Of a DNA stretch of 64,000 nt, positions 57,130 to 64,000 are shown one piece after another. The stretch is taken from assembly GCA_017473615.1 (NCBI GenBank), contig JAFUKL010000024.1:4029-68028 (forward strand), in the 5' to 3' direction. Both the position numbers and the translations under genes were made by a program. The notes below the pieces were generated by a model, which was not told where the DNA came from, did not search any database, and worked only from the letters and a program-made list of their open reading frames with translations. Within the stretch, counting starts at the first letter, position 1; every line of letters begins with the position of its first letter. Source of the stretch: Muribaculaceae bacterium. GTDB taxonomy: Bacteria; Bacteroidota; Bacteroidia; Bacteroidales; Muribaculaceae.

Positions 57130-57491
57130 GATAGTATGGCGGCTTGTCGCTCACCGGCATGTACGGTGTGAGGAAAGTCCGGGCAACGCAGAGCATCATA
57201 TTTCTTAACGGGAAGCTATCGGTGACGGTAGAGCAGCGTGACAGAAAATAACCGCCTTCTTTGCGGGAGGTAAGGGTGAAAATGTGAGGTAAGAGCTCAC
57301 GGGTCGCTATGGCGACATAGTGGCGGCACGTCTTATGAGTTGCAAGGTCAAGTATATCGGCATTTAAGGGTTGCTCGCCCATTGCCGAGGGGTAGACTGC
57401 TAAAGCGTAATGGCAACATTGCGTTCAGATAAATGACAGGCAGGTATTCGTTTGAGAATACTTACATAACCCGGCTTATAGCTGTACTATC
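57130..57491 (+). ncRNA. rnpB: RNase P RNA, bacterial type A
   Basis: Universally conserved GAGGAAAGTCCGGGC, ACAGAAAATAACCGCC, GGTAAGGGTGAAA, GTAAGAGCTCAC and ACATAACCCGGCTTA. P1 pairing is gatagta (57130) / tactatc (57485-57491). Confidence 0.92.
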
Positions 57492-57497
57492 AAGTAT

Positions 57498-57536
57498 AAC
57501 GAAAGCGATGTTTTACATCGCTTTCGTTGTTTTTAT
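57498..57536 (+). terminator. Intrinsic terminator after rnpB
   Basis: aacgaaagcgatg tttta catcgctttcgtt followed by gttttta. Confidence 0.8.
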
Positions 57537-58834
57537 TATGCCTTGATTTGTCTGTGTTGCGGGAAACGAAAAATAATAGATAGTACGACCATAAGAGCCA
57601 ATGCCCATGCATAGTAAAGGTGTGGGAAAAATTCAGCCGGAGATACTTTTGCAAGGCTTGCCGCAAGAAGCACCTGTGCCCCATACGGAATCAAACACTG
57701 CATTATACAGGAGCAAGTATCCAATATACTTGCGACTTTTTTCGGGTCAAGATGATACTGCTCTGAAATTTTACGGCTCAGTTCACCTACGGTTATAATG
57801 GCTATGGTGTTATTAGCCGTGCACAGATTAACGATGCTCACCAGCATAGCTATGGTTGCTTGCGCCCCGCGTGTACCGCTGATATGCTTTGTGAGCCATT
57901 TTATAAGAAAATCGATACCTCCGTTATGTTTTATAATTGCCAACATGCCTGCTGCAAGCAGAGTAACTACAATCAAGTCGCCCATTCCGGAAATGCCGGA
58001 ACCCATGAAACCACACATGTCGAGCAAATGAATGTCGGTGAGGCAGAATGCCGCTATAACTGATATGAGGATACCTGTTGTAAGCACAACAAGTACATTA
58101 ACGCCTGCCACGGCAAGACCAATAACAGCCAAATAGGGCAGTACCAGCCATGGTGAAGCCGAAGTGCTTATGTGAGCAGTATATGTATCGGTTTGTCCTA
58201 TAATAATATATGCTATAAGTACTATTACAGAAGCCGGCAGGGCTATCCATAAGTTGGCTTTGAACTTATCGTTCATGTTACACCCTTGGCTGCGTGTGGC
58301 TGCTATGGTAGTATCTGAAATAAAAGACAGATTATCTCCGAAAAACGAGCCTCCGATGACAACAGCCACAAAGAACGGTACACCCTGACCGGTGGTCTCG
58401 GCAAGTTGGAGTGCAAACGGTGTGAGCGACACAATTGTACCAACAGATGTGCCTATCGACAATGAAATGAAACATGATGCAAGGAATATGCCCGGAATAA
58501 GAAATTGCGGCGGCAAAATACTCAATGTAAGGTTGACGGTGGCATCTATTGCTCCGATGTCCTTGGCGAGTGACGCAAAAGCTCCAGCAAGGATGAAAAT
58601 CCATATCATGTAAAGTATGTCGGGGTTGGCCGCACCGCAAGAAAAGATGTTAAACCTTTCTTTCATTGCAGTTGCCTGCGGTGTGGTGATTACAGCCCAA
58701 ACCGACGAAATGATAAATGCCACGGATATAGGCATTTTATAGAAGTCGTTTACTGCTATTGATACGGCGAGATAAAATATGAGAAAAACCGCTATTGGTG
58801 ATATCGCCAAAAGTCCTTTTCGGGTAGAAATCAT
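57536..58834 (-). CDS. nhaC: NhaC-family Na+/H+ antiporter
   Basis: A polytopic membrane protein of 432 aa whose overall pattern resembles NhaC family transporters. The family call rests on composition and topology only. Confidence 0.7.
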   Translation of the reverse strand: MISTRKGLLAISPIAVFLIFYLAVSIAVNDFYKMPISVAFIISSVWAVITTPQATAMKERFNIFSCGAANPDILYMIWIFILAGAFASLAKDIGAIDATVNLTLSILPPQFLIPGIFLASCFISLSIGTSVGTIVSLTPFALQLAETTGQGVPFFVAVVIGGSFFGDNLSFISDTTIAATRSQGCNMNDKFKANLWIALPASVIVLIAYIIIGQTDTYTAHISTSASPWLVLPYLAVIGLAVAGVNVLVVLTTGILISVIAAFCLTDIHLLDMCGFMGSGISGMGDLIVVTLLAAGMLAIIKHNGGIDFLIKWLTKHISGTRGAQATIAMLVSIVNLCTANNTIAIITVGELSRKISEQYHLDPKKVASILDTCSCIMQCLIPYGAQVLLAASLAKVSPAEFFPHLYYAWALALMVVLSIIFRFPQHRQIKA

Positions 58835-58882
58835 TGTCGAAAATTTTATTTTGTTGCAAAAATAGCGAAATTTTTCGGTCTG

Positions 58883-60166
58883 TTATGGAAAAGTGAGAGT
58901 GAATGTGGTAGTGAATTTGCATTCTGGTGTAGATGATACCGATAAGTCGCCTCCCGAAAGAATCATAATGCGTCGAGATACAGAAAGACCTATGCCGCAT
59001 CCCTGTTCTTTGGTGGTGAAGAAAGGCAGGAATATTTCATTAATCTCATCTTGCGGAATAGGTTGTCCGTTATTGGCTATTTCGATTTTCACCGTTTCAT
59101 TTTCTTGGCTGTAGGCTTTGATTCTTATTTCGCCGTTCGCCCGATTGTCGAAAGCTTCGATGGCATTTTTGACAATATTGGTGATTACCCGTAAAATAAG
59201 AGATTCATCGGCATAAATAATCAGGTTTTCAGGTTCAATATGTGCGGTGATATTTACATTGCCATATAGATTCTTAACCTGTGAAACAAGTTCCTTAACA
59301 CTTACAAGAACGGGTGACGGTGTGGGAATGCGGGTGAATCGTCTATAGGATTCAACGAAATCAATAAGGCTGTGCGATGATGCGCTTATAGCATCAAGTC
59401 CATCTCGGATGTGTGCAGGCAGTTCCTTGTCATTTCTTAAACTTTCGCTTATGGAGCTTATAGGTGCTATTCCGTTCATGATTTCATGAGTGAGAATGCG
59501 AGTCAGCTTAACCCATGCGTCAAACTCATTACGGTCTATTTCGGTGTGAATATCGTTCAGTGTGAAAATGCGCATATTACTGCCTTTCAGTGTTATCAGG
59601 TCGAGACGAACTGAAATGTTCAACTCTTTACGGACTGTTTTTATCAGTATATGTCGTTTCTCCTTTGGTGACAATTCAGAAAGAACCTTGTCGAATCTGT
59701 CCCATGATGCAAGTTGTGATATATGGGTGAGGGCATTGCGATTGAAGAGCCTTAAAGTTTCTTCATTACACTTGATAATGTTATAGTTGTCATCGGTTAC
59801 TATTACACCTATGCTCATGCTGTTTATGATTAGTTCATAGAACTTCTCTTGTTCAACAGCCGACAACTTTTCTTTCTGCAACAAATCGGCAAATTCATTA
59901 AAAGCCGTGTTAAGTGAATCGCTGCTTTGGGGCAGGCGGAATGAATAATCATTGTTGCGCAGAGCCTCGATGATTATATTCAGAGTTCTTAAATTTTTGT
60001 TTTCTTTTACAATTAATGCGGAAATACCGAATATTACGCAGATAATACCGGCAAGCATGTATGGAATTGAGACTACGGCTGTTCCATAACCTGTAAATGC
60101 TGCTCCGGCAAGTGCTGTTAGCAGGTAAAGGATATAAGATATGCAGAGTCGGTTACTATAATCCAT
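58883..60166 (-). CDS. Sensor histidine kinase (two TM helices, PAS-like, HisKA, HATPase_c)
   Basis: H-box LTHEIMNGIAPI, N-box NIVKNAIEA, G-boxes FTTKEQGCGIGLSVS. Confidence 0.9.
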   Translation of the reverse strand: MDYSNRLCISYILYLLTALAGAAFTGYGTAVVSIPYMLAGIICVIFGISALIVKENKNLRTLNIIIEALRNNDYSFRLPQSSDSLNTAFNEFADLLQKEKLSAVEQEKFYELIINSMSIGVIVTDDNYNIIKCNEETLRLFNRNALTHISQLASWDRFDKVLSELSPKEKRHILIKTVRKELNISVRLDLITLKGSNMRIFTLNDIHTEIDRNEFDAWVKLTRILTHEIMNGIAPISSISESLRNDKELPAHIRDGLDAISASSHSLIDFVESYRRFTRIPTPSPVLVSVKELVSQVKNLYGNVNITAHIEPENLIIYADESLILRVITNIVKNAIEAFDNRANGEIRIKAYSQENETVKIEIANNGQPIPQDEINEIFLPFFTTKEQGCGIGLSVSRRIMILSGGDLSVSSTPECKFTTTFTLTFP

Positions 60167-61496
60167 ATCGTCTCATTTTATTATAAAGAGTTTGACGTGT
60201 AATGCCGAGTTTTGATGCTATCAAAGAAAGGTTGCTACCGTATTTTGCCATAGCTTTTTCTATCATGATGCGTTCCATTCCCTCGATGGTTTCGTCATTG
60301 CCTGATGCAACTGTACATCTCCTGATAGGATTAAGTTGTAAGGATTCCATGCTTATTTTGTCACCGTCGGAGAGAATTACAGCTTTCTCAATAACATGTT
60401 GAAGCTCACGAATGTTTCCGTTCCATTGATAGGATTCGAGAGCCGTTACGGCTTTGTCGTCGATACCGGTTATATGGTTTCTGTTATAGATGACTTTATA
60501 CCGTTCGACGAACATTAGAGCCAATTGGTAAATGTCACAGCTGCGTTCGTTTAATGACGGCAGGTGAATATGGATTGTATTGAGACGATAAAGCAAATCT
60601 TCTCGGAAAGAGCCTTCGGCAACCATGTCTTCTATGTTTTTATTGGTTGCACAGATGAGCCTTATGTCAATATCTATGGGCTTATTTGAACCTACTTTTA
60701 CTATCTGTCGCTGTTGCAGTGTAGTGAGTAGTTTTGCTTGTTGTGCCAATGTTATATTACCTATTTCATCGAGAAACAAGGTACTCTTATCGGCTTCCTG
60801 CATACGTCCTATGCGGTCGCTTTTTGCATCGGTGAAAGACCCTTTTACATGACCGAACATTTCGCTTTCAAACAACGTGTCGCTGATAGAGCCTACATCG
60901 ACTGTTATCATTTCTTGGCTATGACGCTGTGACAACCTGTGTATTTCACGAGCAAGGACTTCCTTTCCTGTGCCATTCTCTCCGGTAATGAGTATGTTGG
61001 CATCGGTGCAAGCTGTCTTTTCCACTATTGCTTTTATACTTTGCATTATTTTGCTTTTGCCCCAGAACATAGGTTGTGCATGGCTTAGGGGTTCTCTCTT
61101 TGTGGCAGATAAGCTATGTTTCAAAGCATTGGTCAGTGTTTCGATAAGTTTTGTATTGTCCCAAGGCTTAACTATAAAATCAAAAGCCCCTTGTTTTATA
61201 CCGTTAACTGCAAGTTGAATATCGGCGTATGCAGTAAACAATACGACCTCAATCTTGGGTTTTAGGCTTTTTATGATACCGAGCCAATACAATCCCTCAT
61301 TGCCGGAATTGATTCCTGCCGAGAAATTCATATCGAGTAGAACAACATCTATGCGTTCGGCTGTTATGGTCGATTGGATAGCTTGAGGCGTGGACAAAGC
61401 TATTATCCTTTCGAAGTGGTTTGCCAGAACCAATCGCAAAGAAGTCAGTACATTCTTGTTGTCATCGACTATTAATAATGTTCCTTGCTGTTTCAT
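60156..61496 (-). CDS. Sigma-54-dependent response regulator (NtrC family)
   Basis: Receiver domain (LIVDDN.., DVVLLDMNF, GAFDFIVKPW). AAA+ domain (GENGTGKE, GSFTDA variant of GAFTGA, FLDEIG). Fis-type HTH at the C-terminus. Confidence 0.92.
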   Translation of the reverse strand: MKQQGTLLIVDDNKNVLTSLRLVLANHFERIIALSTPQAIQSTITAERIDVVLLDMNFSAGINSGNEGLYWLGIIKSLKPKIEVVLFTAYADIQLAVNGIKQGAFDFIVKPWDNTKLIETLTNALKHSLSATKREPLSHAQPMFWGKSKIMQSIKAIVEKTACTDANILITGENGTGKEVLAREIHRLSQRHSQEMITVDVGSISDTLFESEMFGHVKGSFTDAKSDRIGRMQEADKSTLFLDEIGNITLAQQAKLLTTLQQRQIVKVGSNKPIDIDIRLICATNKNIEDMVAEGSFREDLLYRLNTIHIHLPSLNERSCDIYQLALMFVERYKVIYNRNHITGIDDKAVTALESYQWNGNIRELQHVIEKAVILSDGDKISMESLQLNPIRRCTVASGNDETIEGMERIMIEKAMAKYGSNLSLIASKLGITRQTLYNKMRRYGL

Positions 61497-61651
61497 ATTT
61501 CAAAGATATGACAAAAAACGGAAATAATGCCGAATGAAACAAAAATGAATGTTGCATCAGTGTAAAAATAATTTACATGAGTGTCTAATTTTTTTACACA
61601 GTGGAAATAAGTGCGTTTTGTAACGTTCGGAAAAACAATGCTTTATGAAAT

Positions 61652-61667
61652 TGGCACGCCGTTGGCA
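61652..61667 (+). promoter_or_regulatory. Sigma-54 (-24/-12) promoter TGGCACGCCGTTGGCA
   Basis: It matches TGGCACG-N4-TTGCW at 15 of 16 defined positions. It lies 45 nt upstream of the ATG at 61712 and is divergent from the NtrC-family regulator. Confidence 0.7.
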
Positions 61668-61711
61668 CATTATAATGCAGAATTAAGTAACTTCTTAAAA
61701 ATTTTAGAAAC

Positions 61712-62755
61712 ATGAAAAAGAAAATGATTGTGGCTGCTTATATTGCGGTCTTTATGATTTTAGGTACTTTGGCTATTTCTGCTGCAAATGCCGGTGTTTT
61801 TTATCGAACGAGTACTAACACAGATAATGTGTTAAAGGCAAGCAAAGAATTTATTTCGATAAAGAAAAATTTGCCGATGTTTAAGAATATCAGGCTTTCC
61901 GGAATATGCCGGGTTGAAATAAAGTATGGTGAGTATTGTCGAATTGAAGTGTCCGGACCGGAAAATTATGTGAATAATATGTCATATAAAGTCAAAGATT
62001 ATACTTTGAATGTGTCTATGGATGATAACTATGCTTATAGCGTAGATGACAAGAGTAAAGAATTTCCGCATATAGTTATATACATTCCCGAGTTGATAAA
62101 GATTGTAAAATGTAATCTTGGTGATGTAAGTGTTTCATCTGATGTAGAAATAGAAAATTTATGGGTAATAAATGACTCGATGAGCAATTTGGCTTTGGGT
62201 AACATAGATTGTAACTCAGTCGTAATGGATTTAAAAAGCGGTGGAAGTATTAATGCAGGAGATATTAAGGTGAATACAAGTTTTACTTGTAAAAATTCTT
62301 CAATGGGGAATTTGATATTGGGAACTGTTTATGCTAACAAATTTTATATGAGTTTGTCAAGTGGTGGCAATATGCAGGTGAAAGACATTGAGGTCAAACA
62401 ATCGGTAGAATGCAAGAATTCATCAATGGGCAAAATAAAAATGAATAATGTAACATGTTCTAACCTTGAAATGGAGTTGTCGAGCGGTGGTGATATAGTG
62501 GCAAATGATATTGTGTGTCGAGAGAATGTTCGTTGTGAAAACAGCTCTATGGGGGAAATAAAGACTAACTCTATAAGATGTGATAATGAATGTGATATAT
62601 ATCTTTCAAGCGGTGGTGATTTTACAGCGTATCAAGTGGTTGCGAACAGACTTAGCTGTACATCCTCTTCTATAGGGGAGATAAAAATTAAAAATGCCGA
62701 TGTCAAGAAATATTCGCAGAATGCAAAGAATGGAAACGTAAGTATAAACTATTAA
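61712..62755 (+). CDS. Secreted repeat protein with GIN-domain-like (DUF2807, putative adhesin head) repeats
   Basis: An N-terminal hydrophobic anchor. Repeating ~40-aa units are each built around SSGG(D/N/S)I...D/NI and a C.NSSMG(E/K/N)I motif. Confidence 0.7.
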   Translation: MKKKMIVAAYIAVFMILGTLAISAANAGVFYRTSTNTDNVLKASKEFISIKKNLPMFKNIRLSGICRVEIKYGEYCRIEVSGPENYVNNMSYKVKDYTLNVSMDDNYAYSVDDKSKEFPHIVIYIPELIKIVKCNLGDVSVSSDVEIENLWVINDSMSNLALGNIDCNSVVMDLKSGGSINAGDIKVNTSFTCKNSSMGNLILGTVYANKFYMSLSSGGNMQVKDIEVKQSVECKNSSMGKIKMNNVTCSNLEMELSSGGDIVANDIVCRENVRCENSSMGEIKTNSIRCDNECDIYLSSGGDFTAYQVVANRLSCTSSSIGEIKIKNADVKKYSQNAKNGNVSINY

Positions 62756-62787
62756 AATTTTATTAACTTCTTAAATAACTTAAAGAT

Positions 62788-64000
62788 ATGAAACTCAGAA
62801 ATTTATTATTGATTATGGCAATATTTTTGCCTATGGTATTGAGTGCCGATGTAGTGTTGAAAGGTAAGGTGGTTGCCGATGATGAACCTAAAGTAGTTTT
62901 TACATTTACCGTAACTCAGGCTGATTCGGTAAAGAAAGTGATAGCCGGGACTGTGGAAGGCGAATTGGCAGTGAATGTGCCTTTTCACGGTACTGCCGAT
63001 GTGAAAATCACATCACTCGGTTATGATCCTTATTCTGCAAGAGTGAATTTGACTGAAGGCACTGAGTGTGATTTGGGAACAGTAAGGTTAGTCAAGAACT
63101 CGGTGATGTTAGGGGAAGTGGTTGCCACCGGAAAGAAAGTAAATGTCAGATATGACGGACCTGATTATACGATATCCAATATTCAGGGTACGCATTTGGG
63201 GAATGCCGGTTCTCTTATGGATATGCTCACATGGACACCGGGTGTTGTTGTCAATCAGATAGATAAAAGCGTGAATGTTGTGGGAGCAGGCTCTCCGATA
63301 ATTTATATCAACAACAGAAAAATAATGAATAAGTCGGAACTGGATGTGCTACAATCAACAATGGTAAGCCGAATAGAAATTATTCGTGCGCCGGGTGCCG
63401 AATACAATTCTTCTACTGCTGCAGTGATAAAGATATACACATTTAAGCCATTGAAAGATTATCTTGGAGTAACATTGACTAATACCTCGATGGTAGGACG
63501 CAGATACAGTAACATCGCGTGGCTGAATGTAAACACTAAAGCCGGTATTATGTCGGGTAATTTCTCGGTTTCTTATAATGATGGAAGAGACAAGTCTTAT
63601 GATTGGGAAAAGACGGAAATCAGTCAACAGGATGGTGCTATATTCAAGGCAGATGACAGTGATGTGAAGTTGAATAATTCACAGTCATGGAATGTTTTTG
63701 CAGGAATGAATTTCGATTTGGGCAAGAATAGTGTATTAGGTGTGCAATATTCGGGTAATTACGCAGAACGTAAGTCCGACGTATTCGGATTGAAAACCTA
63801 TAATGAAGGGAATGAATTTATCAATAAAGAAATCCTTGCCAATAGCAGCGGTGACTCAAAAAATCATGTAGCAAGTATAAGCTATGTATGGAATCGCAGT
63901 AAAAACTCGGTATTGACAATGGTTGCAGACTATTCAAATAATCCTACCAAGACATTTAAGCGTTCAGAGGAGCTGAACCTTACCGAAGGAGGCGCTTATG
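62788..64000 (+). CDS. Outer-membrane beta-barrel / TonB-dependent-receptor-like protein (3' end runs off the window)
   Basis: My own translation is MKLRNLLLIMAIFLPMVLSADVVLKGKVVADDEP... It shows a CarboxypepD_reg-like N-terminus and a plug-like segment (PGVVVNQIDKSVNVVGAGSPIIYINNRKI...IEIIRAPGAEYNSS). No stop codon occurs before 64000, so it is absent from the ORF track. Confidence 0.8.
   Translation, partial: MKLRNLLLIMAIFLPMVLSADVVLKGKVVADDEPKVVFTFTVTQADSVKKVIAGTVEGELAVNVPFHGTADVKITSLGYDPYSARVNLTEGTECDLGTVRLVKNSVMLGEVVATGKKVNVRYDGPDYTISNIQGTHLGNAGSLMDMLTWTPGVVVNQIDKSVNVVGAGSPIIYINNRKIMNKSELDVLQSTMVSRIEIIRAPGAEYNSSTAAVIKIYTFKPLKDYLGVTLTNTSMVGRRYSNIAWLNVNTKAGIMSGNFSVSYNDGRDKSYDWEKTEISQQDGAIFKADDSDVKLNNSQSWNVFAGMNFDLGKNSVLGVQYSGNYAERKSDVFGLKTYNEGNEFINKEILANSSGDSKNHVASISYVWNRSKNSVLTMVADYSNNPTKTFKRSEELNLTEGGAY

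Noticed and set aside
57059-57382. 107-aa minus-strand ORF.
   Set aside because: It overlaps the RNase P RNA gene on the opposite strand, which has all the universally conserved motifs. The ORF is an artefact of the structured RNA sequence.
1-64000. A scan for CRISPR arrays, rRNA genes, transposase/IS elements and further tRNAs.
   Set aside because: I saw no regularly spaced direct repeats with unique spacers, no rRNA-like conserved blocks, no transposase-type ORFs, and no other cloverleaf-capable sequence besides 6130-6203.

Overview
This 64 kb window looks like Bacteroidales chromosomal DNA. The evidence is TAnnTTTG-type -7 promoter boxes, T9SS C-terminal sorting domains, a 286-aa primary sigma factor and a complete hmuYRSTUV haem locus. 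In order, it holds: (1) the integrase-proximal end of a prophage (tape measure, tail protein, orphan N6-adenine methyltransferase, tyrosine integrase) that abuts a tRNA with a CAT anticodon (1-6203). (2) Two tandem rubredoxins, a secreted C1B aminopeptidase and an OmpA-family lipoprotein. (3) A tightly packed nine-gene, ~11 kb minus-strand operon (9494-20539). It combines an MltC-like lytic transglycosylase, three consecutive Zn-ribbon proteins (a clan-CD caspase/gingipain-like protease, a YdjI-like SPFH protein with a long coiled coil, and a bitopic Sel1-repeat protein), a 90-aa protein and four LPP20/CsgG-like lipoproteins. I cannot assign it to any named system, and it is my main candidate for an undescribed trans-envelope stress, defence or assembly system. 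(4) An acyltransferase / SGNH esterase / GH84 glycan-processing trio. (5) hmuYRSTUV preceded by an internally duplicated lipoprotein. (6) An ECF sigma factor, a 3'-5' exonuclease and two BspA-like leucine-rich-repeat T9SS cargo genes. Each LRR locus is preceded by a copy of a conserved ~230 nt element with compensatory base-pair changes, which I read as a candidate structured leader RNA. (7) gdhA and a leuA-leuC-leuD-cimA-like-leuB operon, preceded by a Leu/Ile-rich 22-aa leader ORF and a terminator hairpin (candidate attenuator). (8) rpoD, htrA, RNase P RNA, an NhaC-family antiporter, and an NtrC-type two-component system divergent from a near-consensus sigma-54 promoter. That promoter drives a GIN-domain protein, and a truncated outer-membrane beta-barrel gene follows. 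I saw no CRISPR array or rRNA. All functional calls come from motif recognition by eye, and no database search was run.
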